Positions 14,336 through 28,040 of a stretch of 64,000 nucleotides of DNA are shown piece after piece. The stretch spans positions 381,308 to 445,307 of the forward strand of contig MU061578.1 of NCBI GenBank assembly GCA_013265495.1. The letters run 5' to 3'. A model generated the notes under the pieces. It saw only the letters and a program-made list of their open reading frames with translations. It ran no database searches and was not told the DNA's origin. How positions within the stretch are numbered: the first letter of the stretch is position 1; each line of letters starts with the position of its first letter. The position numbers and the translations under genes were made by a program. This DNA comes from Vicugna vicugna (lineage: Eukaryota).

Positions 14336-16027
14336 CTTAGACCAACAACCAGTGTTGCTCCCTTCAGATTCTGCTTAGGGAAACGCTTGGCTGAGAATGA
14401 GTTCCTGCAGAGTAGTTTCTTGAAGAGAAACACCAATTAGATGAAATGCTGTGAGTTGTGAATTCAGAATGCCTGGGTTGCTTTACAAACTTATCACTGA
14501 CTAGCCACAGGGCCTTTAGCCACGAGGCCTTGAGCAAGATGCTGAAATCCTCTCATGTACAGTTTCTTGGCTATAAAATAGGCTTAATAACATCAACATT
14601 TACAAATTTTTATGTGTAAACGAGAGAAAATACACAGGCCATGTTGCACTATGCCTGGCACACACTGGGCTTTCATAAATACCTGGTCTCTTCCCTGCAG
14701 ATTGGTTGGTGTGTCCCCAAAATAAGAGAGATTTATTAATAACACTCTATATAAAATTGACCCTCCCCATCAAAATCTCATCAACCATATTTGTTACCTG
14801 ACTCTTTGATCAAACCCAGGTTTCCAAGCCTACTGTCGCCTTGCTTCCAGTAAAAATAAAATATAAAAACTAAATGGATGCAAAATTATGATTTATGTTC
14901 TTTCTGTAGTTTTGGAGGGTCTAAACAGAAAGTCCTTATCACTGGGCCTCAGCTGTAGAAGGAATCCTTTAATCATGACCATCCTCCTGGAAGAATAATC
15001 TAGATTTAGGGCCAGACTTGAGTTACTGAGCAAGGAGAAAATATTGCCAGCAGCAACTCTACTTCTTGTTGGCTGCAAATGTCTATAAGCTGCTTCCATT
15101 GTCTTTTTTGAAGTCCGGAGATATGTGAGTACAGCCTAATTAAGTGGTCGTTGACGGAAAGAGAATTTATTTTTGTCAAACCCATGGCTTAGAGGGAAAT
15201 GTGTAAATGATGCGTATGAAGAAAGCTGGCCTCTTTAGTACCCGTGGTCCCACAGGCCACCCTGGGTGTTCTTGTGACACCCAGACTCCCTTGGGAGGGA
15301 TGGTCAAAATGTCCGAGGGAATCTCTACCCCCGGTCCCCCTTCTCTGGGGCAATACTGAGCTCAGGTCTGAAGTCGGAGTAAACTAGATTTAAATCAAGG
15401 CTGAGTCGGTTATGAGTTGGGCAACCTTAAGCAAGTGATGATATCTGTGAGCCTCAGATTTCCCAGCTATACAATGGGGGATATTAAACTTAGCTAAATT
15501 AATTAAGTCAGTATTTGTTAAACACTTGCTATGTGCAAAGCACTGTTCTAGCTGGTAGGATGAAAAAAGAAAGAAAAAAACCCCCCAAATAATGTCCCCA
15601 TTATCATGGAGCTTATATTTAGTGATGTACAGGTAATGTTTAACAAATGGGTCACTCGCACACACCAAAAGGCCTTATTGGTATTATCTGCCTATTTCTG
15701 TAGTGTAAATACTCCCTTTATGGTTGACCTCATGCTACTAGCAGAATACTGTGGAACTTACAGTTGGGAAGCAACACGCAAGGTCAGCTCTCCTGAGTGG
15801 TGTAAGCTGGCTACGCAACATTGCTACAAAAACACTACCGTGCCAGGGAGGCGGGGGAAACCTTATTTATATCTCCTCTTCCTTTCTCTTCTCTTTCTTA
15901 TAATGGAAAGGATCTCGGCATCAGAAAGAACCAAGTTCAAATTCCAGCCCACAACTTCTTGTCTGATTTTGTTTTCTTTTTTTCTTTTCTTTTTGGTAGG
16001 GAAGGCTTAATGGTTTTTAAATTTTAT

Positions 16028-16626
16028 TTAAGGGGAATGTTTATAGTTTTGGGTTAAACAACAGCTATGCCCACTGAGCAGTATCCTGAGGTTTGAGTTT
16101 CTAATAATACCATCTTAGGTATGGAGACAGCTGGCACTCTCTGAAGTCATAAAACCCCCACCCCTGGGCTCTGTGTGTGCATGGAGCCTAGTTACACCTT
16201 AACCCCTACTCCCCACAACAGGAACCATTGCATACCTGCATTTCTGCAAGATATAAAACATCTCTTTTGATGTGTGTTTACCCTAGCAAAACTCATCGCC
16301 AGCCCCAGGAGATAGCCCATCTCACAATATCCTAGGCCTCACATCCAGCCCTTATCAAAGTTGTAAAACCTGTTGTTCAGAGAAGTCCCTGACAGATCTT
16401 ACAGCCAATCAGGTACCTGTGCACGACTTGACCATGCAGCCCCCTACTCCTTGTGCGCACAGCCCCCTACCCCCAATGAAAGACCCTGCACACCCACCCT
16501 CCGAGTCGCAGGCACCTCTCATCTGCGTGGCCCGCAGTTGCCTATGGCAGCATCCCTATTAAACTTTCCTAAACTCTTCTCAGTCTCCGGTAATTCTTTA
16601 CCAACTCGCATATTACCGTCACTTCA
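16028..16626 (+). mobile_element. Probable ERV1-class solo LTR
   Basis: About 600 bp, ATTAAA at 16558-16563, ends in CA. Family not recognised. Confidence 0.55.
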
Positions 16627-16629
16627 TTG

Positions 16630-17749
16630 TATGCCCACCGCATTAGGTATATTTCATTCACGTAATGATGGAAATGCAAATTAAAACCACAATGTGATAT
16701 CTATTCACATATACTAAATGGTTATAATCAAGAACAAACAAATAAAAATGTTGGCAACAGTGTAGAGAAACTGGAACCCTTACATATTGCTTGTGGAAAT
16801 GCAAAAGTGCAAAGACTGTATGTACAACAATTTGTCATTTCTGCAAGAAGAAAAGTACCGTTACTGGTTGGGTCAATAACTGCATTCCTGTAACTTTGTA
16901 TACTGCAAAGAATTGGAAACAGGTGTTCAAACAAGAACTTGTTTACAAATATTCATAGCAACATTGCTGACAATAGCCCAAAGGTAGAAACAATTTGAAC
17001 GTCCATCAGTGGATGAATGGATAAGCAAATAGGTCCATAAACTTCCATACCATTCTGCCGCATAAAGAAACAAAGTAAAACAGGGCAGCCACTGCGGAAA
17101 ACAGCGTAACACTTCATCAAAAACTTAAACATAAATTAACGTGTGATCTGTCAATTCCACTTCAGGACACACACCCAAAAGATCTGCATGCAGAGAGTGA
17201 AAGTTATTGGTACACCTGTATTCACAGCAGCAGCACTCAAACCCGCCAAGAGGTGGAAGCAACCCAAGTGTCCATGACAGACAAATGGGATAATCAAAAT
17301 GTGGTAATATACACAAAAGTGTGCCACTCAACCTTAAAAATGAAGGAAATCCAGACACATGCTACAACATGGATGAACTTTGAGGTAATCATGCTAAGCA
17401 AAATAACCTGGTCACAAAAGGATGGATATTATATGCTTCCAATTACATGAGGTATCCAGGGAAGTCAAATTCAGAGACAGAGTAGAATGTGGTTGTCAAA
17501 GGTTTGAGAGAGTTACTGTTTAATGGATGCAGTTTCACTTGGAAAAAAATGAAAAAGTACTGAAGATGGATGGTGAGGATATTTGTACAACAGTGTGAAT
17601 GTAGTTGATGTCACAGAACTATACACTTAAAATGGTTTAAATGGTAAATGTTATGTTCTATAGATTTAATCACAATGAAAAACACGGACGGAATACTGAT
17701 ACTTGTTATAACATGGATGAATACCGAAAAACATCCTAAAGGAAAGAAG
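16630..17749 (+). mobile_element. Two nested L1MB/MC-type 3' ends
   Basis: The ORF2-end motif (acaacatggatgaa) occurs twice; the inner copy spans about 17076-17682. Confidence 0.8.
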
Positions 17750-18251
17750 TGCCAACTGAAATAAAATCACACAATGTGAGAGTTGTGGGTTAAGTTTTAT
17801 TTGGAGCAAAATGAGGACTATGGCCCAGGATCATCCCAGAAAACTCTGAGAAACTGCTCCAAAGAGGCAGGGGGAGAACTCAATATTATAGATGACTTCA
17901 GTGAAGGGGAAAGACGCAGTCAAGCACACGTTTAGGTAAAGGCCTGCTGCTAGTCATGCGGAGGAGATGTCACCTTTAATGATTTTAGTGCTTATTTAGA
18001 TATGAATAGACACAAGAATTGGGCTCATAAAATCTTCTCCTGAAAATATCTATCTGAAGGCCTGTTCAGCCAGTTTTCCCAGAGCACAGAGTGCCTCATT
18101 TCTGATCCCCATCCTAAACTCCTCTCAGGGTGTGTTGGAGGTCAGTGGCTGCAGCGGCTCCTGATTTTATTCCAAGCAGAGTTAGAAGGCAAGTGCCAAC
18201 GTGATCCAATCCTTGTAGAGGCAGATGGCAAGTGCGAATTTTTAGTTAGCA
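17750..18251 (-). mobile_element. MER41-like ERV1 solo LTR
   Basis: TG...CA ends with a 4-bp target-site duplication GAAG (17746-17749 and 18252-18255). The host L1 resumes afterwards. Confidence 0.8.
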
Positions 18252-18569
18252 GAAGCCACACAGAAAAGACCACACAGATCATCCTCATCTTGTGCGCTTT
18301 AAATCTATCAAGGTTGTGAAAATGAGGGAAAGTCTGAAGGACAGTCCCCCCAAAAGAAAACTAGATCAGAAAGGAAAAAGGTTTTAGGGCAGGAAGTAAA
18401 AATTGAAGTGGGCCTATGGATTGGATTAGAAGGTGAAAACTATGGTTCCTCATTTGAGTGCTATGTCAGGGTTCCCTAGGAGTGTCCTCGTTTGGGGTTA
18501 AACACACTGGATGTTTTCATTTCTAATTGGCATACGTGATAAATCAATGACGACTGGAATTTGAGCTTA

Positions 18570-18793
18570 CAGATAAAATTAGGAGTTTAGGATTAGCTGA
18601 TACAAAGTACTATATACAAAATAGATAAACAACAAGGTCCTACTGTATAGCACAGGGAACTACATTCAATAGCTTGTAATAACCTATAATGAAAAAGAAA
18701 ATATAAAAATATATATGTGTATGCATGACTGAATCATTAGGCTATATACCAGAAACTAATGCAACATTGTGAATCAACTCTACTTCAATAAAA
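18570..18793 (+). mobile_element. Lineage-specific L1 3' UTR tail
   Basis: Same family as 2390-2595. Confidence 0.9.
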
Positions 18794-19348
18794 TGTTTTT
18801 AGAAGAGTGCATTGTACTGCTACTACAAGTTTTCTGCATGTTTGAAATTACTGGAAAGTTAAATAACTTCTCGAAACAACCATGTCAATACCATGCCAGA
18901 AAAGTAGAGATGACATCAAACTTCATTGTAGAGGTCAGGCCTTACCCAGATCCAATTCATCCACAGTGGTGAAGCTAATTCCTACTGTAAAAGTCCACAT
19001 GTTTTTAAGAGGTATAGTGAGAAGATTATGTTAGGAGCCACTATGTCTTGGGTGTTGCATATGACCTGGGATATGGTAGAATTTTTTTAGCTTTCAAGTG
19101 GGATTTTTTTTAGCTTTCAAGTTAATTTTATTTTCCAAGTATATAATCATATCATCTGCAAATAGTGATAGTTTTATCTCTTCCTTCCCATTTTACACAA
19201 GAAATATATGAATGTATTATCATTGTATAAAAAGTCAAACAATACATTTTTTGAATCACAAACAAGAATCTTTCCTAATTTCCCCTGACAACTACCTTTA
19301 CCAAATATAACCTGAAACAGTGGGATTTCTGAATTCCACTTTTTCACA

Positions 19349-20085
19349 TCAAACCACCAAAAAAACTGTTATAACTAATAAACGAATGTAGTAAAGTTGT
19401 ATGATACAAAACAATATACAAAAATCAGCTGAGCTTCCATATACCAACAAAGAAGCCCCAGAAAGAAAAATTAAAGAAAACAATTCCAGCCACAATGGCA
19501 TCAAAAAGAACAAAACACTCAGGTACAAGCTAACCAAATACATGAAAGATGTGCACACCGAAAACTATAAGACCCTGACAAAGAAACTAAAGTCACCAAT
19601 CAATAGAAAAATATTCCACACACATGCATTGGAAGAATACCGTTAAAATATTCATCTGGCCAAAGCAGTATGTGCATTATTCAATCTCTAACAAAATTCA
19701 AATGGCATTTTTCACAGAAACAGAACAACACAGCCCCATCATTTGTAGGGAACAACAAAGGACCCCAAACAGCCAAAGCAATTTTGAGAAACTGAACACA
19801 GTTGGAGGCATCTTGCTTCCTGATTTCAAACTACAGCATGAAGCTACAACAACCAGAAAATTGTGGTATTGGCACAGAAACAGGCACACGAACCAGAGGA
19901 GCAGAATAGAGAAACTAGAACCAAACCCACGTGTATATGGTCAGTTAATTTACAACAAAGCTGCCAAGGATACACAGCGGGAAAGGACAGTCCCCTCAAT
20001 AAATGGTGCCGCAAAAACTCGATACCACACACCAAAGAACAATACCGGACACCATCTTCACCACACACACAAAACTAGCTAAAAT
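19349..20085 (+). mobile_element. L1 ORF2 fragment
   Basis: ORF 19624-20082 reads GGILLPDFKLQHEATTTRKLWYWHRNRH, typical of L1 ORF2. Confidence 0.92.
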
Positions 20086-20979
20086 TCACAATTTTCCACA
20101 TCAAGCCTTTCCTCTGCTGGCTTCTCTGCAAATGGACTCCCTCTGCAGTCATCCACGCACAGTGAAGCTTCTCTTCACTTTTTCCTTACCTTTTACTCCT
20201 TCGTAGGTACCTCCTAGTAGGTCTTGAAGACACCAGGCACCGACCTGCATGGATGTTGCGCAACACTGTCCAGAAGCTGAAACTCCAGTATGTCCTGAAG
20301 AAACTGACCTCTTGTAAACATTGACATGTCCTGGTGTCGTCCAGAAGCCAAAACCCTAGCAGATCCTAAGGAGGCTAGGCTCCCATCAGCTGCGCAGGAG
20401 CGAAGTTCAAGCATGGAATCAAGCTCTCCAGGTGAACACGCAGAAGTCTCAAAAGTCAGAGGCGGGCTTGGCTCGCAGGCCCCCAAACACTCAGTTTACG
20501 GGAGGCTATACTCCCAGCTGGCAGGCCTGCTGAATCCACTACATCTGGACATTCAAACTGAAATGAAGCCCCAAATCCATGACCAGCCACGAACTGCGGA
20601 TCCAATGTAGCATCTTCAGTAAAAGACCTAACTTTGAAGAAGCAGATCCAGTTCACACAGACGTGAAGGTCACTGGTCTTGGAGGAGTCCACATGTACTT
20701 CAGAGGGACAGAGAAAATTCCATGAGGAGCCACTCTGTTTGGGTGTTGTGGATGACCTTTCCCTCTGGGCGGCATCTCCTCAGGCCGGTGTGAAGAACCA
20801 GGCTCCTATCAGCGTGGACAGAGCCCCATGTTGTGCTGAAGCCAAACCCTGGTGAGTCCTAAGCAGACTGAGCCCCTGTCAGCAGGGATGCTGACCTGCA
20901 GTGTCTCAAAGTGAAGTCCCGGGGGTGCCTGGGGAGACAGGAGTCCCTTCCTGAACCTGTTTCCTAACAAACAAATGAA

Positions 20980-21535
20980 AAAGATAACAACTGTAATGCA
21001 CTGTAATTGCTTTGAGTATTTCTCTCACATTTTCATGCATATGTTTATATTTGTATTTTAAGCAAATATCTTTGTTTCTCTTCCTTTCTGATTCCCTTGT
21101 CATAAAACATAAAGACATGTTAACTTTGTATCACAGTGTTTGAGAATTGTTAATTTTTAATTAGAGTGTTAAAAGCTCCAGCATATCAAGGAGAAGAGTA
21201 AGCATTACCTAAGGACTTTGCACCCTCCTGCGGAGAAAGGCTTAGTGCATGTTCGTTTTATGCAGGACAGCTGTATTTTGTTAGGGGTAGTATAACTTTG
21301 TTACGGCTTTATTTGGAGGTGAGTATGGTTTAATGAGACATGTACAGACACTGAATCATTTGAAGGCCTTAAGAGTGAAGACTAAGGTTTCCAAGAAGAG
21401 GAAGGAATTCTGCTTCCAGACTACAACACAGAAATGCTTCTCTCTCTCTTTCTCCCCCTCCCCCTTTCTCCCCCTTTCACCCCCTCAGTATCTCCATCTG
21501 GTTCTGTTTTTCTGAAGAACAAACACAGATTTGGT
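20980..21535 (+). mobile_element. ERVL internal 3' end plus partial MLT2 LTR
   Basis: gaagagtaagcattacctaaggacttt..tatggtttaatgaga, then gaaggaattctgcttccagactac..ggttctgtttttctg. Confidence 0.75.
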
Positions 21536-22446
21536 ATTTCCTGACTCCACACAGTATAGTCAATGATCAGATTAAGTAAGAAAACATGTGTAAAGACCTG
21601 GGGTGGGGAGGACTCTAAAGGTGACGCCCTCTAAGTGTTCTCGTCATGTGTAACAGGACCTGTATGAGAATGTGTGCTGTTTCAGCTCAGGGTCCCCTTG
21701 GAGCTCAGCGGTTTGACTTCCACCTGAGGACCCCTAATCTAGATGGACTCTACTGGGTCCACCTGGTTTGATATTGTGTTTTTAAGTTGGAATTGGGGAC
21801 TTGGAATGAAATGAAGCAGAGTGTCCATCTATTCCTCTAACCACCCACTCCACTCTGGTGTCACCAAACTGGACCTCAGTGGACATGGCAGTAGAGAGTG
21901 TATTCAGACAGTGCATATACAGAGGGGATGAAGGGGTTGGAGAGGAGCAAGTGGGGCAGAGGAGGCAGATGAGAGATTCTGGAGTGGACAAGGAATGGAG
22001 GGAGTGAGGTGGGAGTGGCACCATCCCAATTCCTTCCGTGTTATCTGACCTACCTGATCATTAACTTCAACGCCTGCAAAGCAGTTTTTACCATTTCAGC
22101 TTCTGTGATGAGAAAACAGGCTCACATAGGTTAAGTAGTCTGTGCAAGGCCACCCCTATAGCAAGGTATATGGAAACAGGATTTGAACTTGATTCTGACT
22201 CCAAAAGCCTTTCCACTATATATAGGGTATAAGGGTGAAGAAAGGAAGATGAGATATTGTAAACAAAGAAAGCTCTTTCTATGCAAGTTTGGACACCTTC
22301 CAGTCAACATAAGTGTCCTAAGATACCAAAGGAATAAGAAAGGTGACAACTTTTCCCCAGGCCTCTGCTGTGTCAGGCCTGAGGCACTGTGCCCAGATTT
22401 GGGGATACAGTGGTGAGAAAGGCAGACCCGTCCCTGACTCCTGACT

Positions 22447-23300
22447 CCAATTACATGTATGCTATACTGTTTGACAGTATCCCATAGGTCCCTGCTGCCA
22501 TTTTTATTTGATGAGTCAGTATAATTAATTTTATTGTATTTTCTTTTTCTATGATATATTTTCTGCTATGTCCAGCCCACAGGTAAGTCCATTTGCTGAA
22601 TTCTTCCTTACAGATGTATTTTTCAGCTCTGACATTTCCATTTGTTTCTTCGGTTGTGTTTTCTCTCTCTGTTGTAATGCTTATTTTTCATAGTGTCCCC
22701 TTTTTTCACTAGATGCTTTAGCAGGTGGAGAGTAGTTATTTTAAAGTGCTTTTATGTCAATTCTAACATTTGGGTCATCTGTGAGTTCACTGACTACCTT
22801 TTCCTCTAATTTTTGGGTCACATTGTCCTTTTTCAAAAAAATGTTTTGCAATTATATCGAGAAGATATCACATATAAAAGAAGAGTAGGTGCAGATGCAA
22901 TCCTATTTATCCCCAACAAGGGTCTGCGCCTTCTTCTCACCCAGCAGAGTGGTAGAGTTCACCCTCTTTCATCGCATCCCAGCCTTACTGGGTTAGGGTT
23001 GGGTTGTAGCTTCAGGTCACCATTGGTTATAAATGTTTTACTGGTGAGATGAAGATGCTCCTTTCAGGAGGGCTTGGGATCCGAGTCCCAGCAAGACTTC
23101 TTAGATCTCTCTTTGCTTTACTAGCAAGGCTCCAGCTCTATGGACCTTTGGAACTTTGAGGGGCTTTCTCTGGTCTCCAGCCCACCTGCATATTTTCAAG
23201 TTTTTGAAGATGCTGCTCCATTCCTGTGTCCCCCAGCCTTCAGTGAGCTGCACCATGGATTCATGGAAGGCATAGGTTGAATTAGCAGGTGGGTATGTCT
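22447..23300 (-). mobile_element. Old L1M 5'/ORF1-region fragments
   Basis: ccaattacatgtatgctatactgtttgacagtatcccatagg..; highly diverged. Confidence 0.55.
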
Positions 23301-25219
23301 CAGGTGACTGTCTGCCTTCTCAGCCTTCCCCCAGCCTCCTGTGTGCAGCTCTGAAGCTCAGAAATCAATGGGAATGCTAGAGAGGCAAGTCTCTAACAGT
23401 GAATCAAAAAGCCGCTGCTAAAACAAGGGAGAAACAGATGCTAAAAAGCCAGTGATTCCTCACTACATTATGACAGTACCCCACGCACATTAAAAAAGTA
23501 ACTGACTAATCTGGGCCGGACTTATGTCTCCAGCTTTTTCTTTTGCTTCTCTTTAGTTTCATCTTACATTCCAATTGTGCTGAATCACAAATAATATCCA
23601 AGACTTTTTTCATAAAAGAAACCCCTTTAACATTTGTCTCCCATCACTCCCATCGATTCGTCTTCATCCTGCAAAATTCCACTTCAGTTTCACCTCTTCA
23701 AGCAAGTCTTCCCTTGGTCTGACTCTAAAGGCCACCCTGTATATTCCTTTGTGCTCACCTTTCTCATAGCCCTTATCATACTTTGATTACTTATCTACAA
23801 ACCTGTCTTCCACACCAGACTTTGGATTGCACATGGGAGGAAGCCAAGCCCCATTTCAGCAGGCATGCCCCAGAACCTAACAGAGCACCAAAAAACCAGG
23901 AGCTTGTTATAAGGAATATTCACAGGAAGGCACTGGGGTTCTTCTCTTTACCAGCCTCATCTTAGCACCTGCTTTCTTCCCAGTAATCATAACCACATTT
24001 ATCACCTCTTCAAGTGGATTCTACTTCTTTCAGGGACTATGCTACTGTTTATTGAGTACTTTACTTTGTGAGAAAGAGCTAAGATTCTACCCACACCAGC
24101 GTCAATTTGCACCTCAAGCTTTCCTGACCATACTCCAGTCTTTCCCATCTCCTTCCCTTCCTTCCTCCCCTCTCTGCATCTGACTCGAAACTCAATGATC
24201 AGTTGATGAGAGGAGCCCATCCATCTGGCAGTTGACACGCAGTGCCTCAGAGCTCTGGTTTTCCCTATTCTGCTTCTGTATCATTCAGCAACTTCTGTTT
24301 TCCTCTGAGGTCACCCTTAAAGGTCTATGTGTCATGTTTCTCATTTCTGCCTTGTCGGGGAAATCTTACCAGTGCATCTATCAAAGTAATCATCACAAGC
24401 CTGATGTAAGAGTATGGTTCCTCTCACATTTTTCATTACTAGATAATTTATTAATATCCTTCCCGAGGAGCACTAGATTTATCTTGATAAAACTGCTATC
24501 AGCGGCGACACAGGCAATGCCAGTGGGATGCACCAGGAAGAGCGGTGTGTTCACCTCCTTCACCCCTTGATGCCTCAGGAAGCTCAACCCAGAGCCAGCC
24601 CAGGGGGCTGCTGAGACCCAAAACATTTTATCATTTTGATAAAGTTGACCCAGGGCAGCCTCGGAGGGATTGCTACCCATCTTGCCTTTCTTTTCTGCTT
24701 GTGGCAAACACAGGATGGCCTGTGTATGGAAAAGGCAGGTAGCGAGGGGTGGATAAATTACCTTCAAAGAGTTCACTATCTATCTCATTTTCATTTCATC
24801 CGCAGGGAACAACTTCACCTCTCAGCTAAACTGGGCTTTCTGGGAGTGCCCATGTCTGCTGTGGAAGATGGACCTTTGCATTATCCCTGTGGCAGCCTCA
24901 AGGCGTGGACTCTTTACATCTGTGAGCTGATGCGGCCCCTGCTGTCCCTACTGCCTGCTCGCTTTCAGTTCTCCTGTCTTCAGGAAGAGAGCAGAGCAAG
25001 CAGAGACAGCCCCAACCTGCCTGCCCTGCTGATTATTCACAGAAATGAAAACACAGGAAGCTTCCAGCATGAGGCAGCTGCCTTCGAAGGCTTCTGGTGG
25101 ACACTGTTGCAGGGGTATATTCAAGAAGAGAGCAGATTCTCTGCCATCCTTTATTTGCCACAACTCAGAGCAACTCTTTTATAAATTGGGTTTTGTGATT
25201 CATTTCTCTCAATACCACC

Positions 25220-25800
25220 CTTCTCCGAGAAAAAAGTAAATAAATAAAAACACACATACATACTCAAATGGAAAAGTGGGGTGTCAGTGCATAGTGTGGG
25301 GGCTGCTGGGTACAAAAATAGGTAACACATGCATTGTTGGTGGAAGGGCTGAGTGGTTTCACAAACTGAGAAGGAATGTATACTCCCCATGACTCAGAAA
25401 CCCTGTATCTAATAATTTATCTACATGTGCACAAAGAATGATTTTTGAAATTTTTTTTTGCAGCATTGATTGTAATAGGGAAATACCTGTCATCACAGAA
25501 GTGGAAAACTGGTGAAAGAAACGATGGTACATCAATATGGTGGAGTATTGCCTGGTCAGGTAAAAGAGGAGACAGATACAGATGTTATGATGCAGAGCAA
25601 GATATATTTCATGACAAAAGCAAAGTAAAAGTCGCTTTTGTAAAATGTTCTTCTTGTCTACACAATGACTGCAGCTTAAAGGATGCACAAGAAACTAGCC
25701 AGAGTGTTTGACGAGGGGGAGGAAGATACATTTATTATTATGAATTCTTTCATCCTGTTTACATTTTTCCCTGATAATGTAGTGCATTTTCAATTAAAAG
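25220..25800 (+). mobile_element. L1ME-type 3' end interrupting EBLL
   Basis: catgactcagaaaccctgtatcta..tttgcagcattgattgtaatag; L-like peptides on both sides. Confidence 0.7.
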
Positions 25801-26959
25801 TTAAGGCTCATCATGTTACTTTCACATTTGTCTCTATGAACATTTCTGGGCCTCCTAATTAATGCTTTTTCTTCTCTCCCAAAATGAGCTTGAGCCACAG
25901 CATCTGGTCCTGCCCCCATTCCCCTCCACAAATAATAAAGTCCATGTTGTGCAGTGGTGTGTGGGGCATAGCCAATGGTCCTCACCTCAACAGATCACTC
26001 ACTAATTGGCAAAGCCAATTTGCATGCCAATTATTCCCATAACGGCCTTTGAAGGAAGAAGGAAAGAGTTTCTTGTTATTTCCCAGTTGCAGAAATTGAG
26101 TCTATAGGAAAAGTGACTTGTTCAAGATCATGCATCCCGTAGGAGGCAGAACAAAAGACTGAAACCCAAATTTGGCTGCATCCGTCAAATATGCCCTTTC
26201 CCCTTCACCATGCTCACACTTCAGGGAATCACTTCTCCCGAGCTCTTTCTGAGGTGACAGCTGAGAGCCCCCATCCACTTGCAAGACCTGCTCCCTCTAC
26301 CTGCTGTTGATCTGGGGACTTCCCAGCACCATTTGGTAGTTGGTGAGGCTGTGTCTGGGAGCCTATGGCTCCAGGTGCCTGGTGGAGGAGAGCTGCCTCT
26401 TATGATTGCTAATTTCAATGCTGAGGATGGCTCTGGTCTCCTGGACAGATGGCCAATTGCACTAAAGCTCTCAGAGTGCACATATGTCAACAGTGACAGG
26501 GAGTTTCAGCTGTGACCAGAACTGGGACTCCCATCCAACTGCAGGGCCATTCGTCACTGTGGTTGATTCCATAAAATCAGCAATGAGAGGACAGACGGGG
26601 GAATGCAGCCTCAGCTCTCTGTGGCTTGGCAATACTGGGAGAACCCAGTGCATGCATGGCTTGTACAATTCCAAAATCCACGGGGAACTGTTTTCCTTGA
26701 CTCAACAGCCACACCCAGTGACCTGGTGATGGCTTTAAATATACAGCACCACCATCACTACTACTGCTGCTACTACAACTAAATACGACAGAGAATGTGC
26801 CTCTCCCTCTTGCTGTCTTAACCAAAGACAGTTCCGAAAGAAGGAAGCCTTTATTCCAGCCCAATCTGAGCCTCCACTGATGGTTTTCCTTTCTTTTTGT
26901 GGTGTTTCACTTCACCTTCTAATACTGGCTTCTCTAGTATCCAGATGAGCAGTCCTAGC

Positions 26960-28040
26960 AGAATCAAGGAAAATGCAGGGTATTCAAATTCTGGCTCCCC
27001 TATTTCTCAGCTGGGTGACCTTGGGGACGCTACTGGCCATGCTTAAGTTTCAATCTGCTTTCTGAACTTTGAGAGGATTAAAGTGGGTGTCACATGTCAG
27101 GTTAACACCACAGGACCTCATACAGAGCAGATGATTCAGCCTGCATAATGCTCACTCCTGCAGTTACCCCTGAGACCAGAAGCAGAGGTTTTCACATTCT
27201 GTACAGCAGTGGTTCATAACCAGGGGTGATGTTGTCCACTGCCCAACCCCAGAAGGACTGACATTTTTTGGTTGTCATGAGTGGGGTGGGGAGGTAGCCC
27301 TATTGGTGGGTTGAAGGGTCAAAAGGAGAGGAATTCAAAACATATAAGGATCCATTATCAGTAATCAATACTATGGTGATACACAATTTGGGCTCTAGAT
27401 TTAAATAAATGAACTCAAACCCAGACTCTGCTATTTATCTATGTTATAAGCAGAGAATCACAACTGGGGTGATTATGCCTTCCAGGGGACATCTGGCAGT
27501 GCCTGGGGATATTTCTGATCATTGCAGCTGGGGAGAGGTTGCTACTGGCATCTAGTGAGAAGAGATGAGGGATACTACTAAAAATCCTACAATGCACAGG
27601 ATAGCACTCTGACCTTGCCCCATAAAACTCCAGAAACTAAACACTATACTTCTGATTTTCTAGACTAGGAAAGTCACATTGGAAAAGGAATAGCCATAAT
27701 TTAAATCCAGATCTGTTGGCTCCAGGGCCTATTTACTTTGGGCTCCTTATGCTCCATGGGCTTTATCAAGATCATCAGACAATCTGGGTAGCAGACTCAA
27801 ATTAGTCTCAACAGGCTTGAACCCTAGGCAACTAAGGGTTGAACACAAGCCAACTGCCTGGCACCTAGAAAGTAAAAAGTGAAGCTTCACATTCAGGATC
27901 TAAAAAATCAAAGACATGTAGAATTATAAGAGATTCAGTTTTAGTATCTGTAAAATGGGTATGATACCCATTCATGAAGATGTTGCAAGAAATAAATGGT
28001 GTAACTTATGTAAAGCATCATCAAGGTGTCTAGTGTTAAA
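26960..28040. mobile_element. MIR and MER20 fragments interleaved with EBLL
   Basis: MIR-like at about 26960-27140, 27375-27450, 27640-27725 and 27930-28040; MER20-like at about 27205-27300 and 27455-27615. Confidence 0.7.

Noticed and set aside
14910..15124. Exon-like segment (ttctttctgtag ... GTGAGT)
   Set aside because: Stops in all three frames and no linked exons or promoter; at most a non-coding exon.
20770..20850. SPQAGVKNQAPISVDRAP resembling FAM90A
   Set aside because: One short low-identity match is not enough to name a gene.
24226..24234. MYB-type motif TGGCAGTTG near the end of L
   Set aside because: A single 9-mer without promoter context.
24636..25184. 182-aa plus-strand ORF
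   Set aside because: Non-ATG start, no recognisable homology, and antisense to the EBLL remnant.
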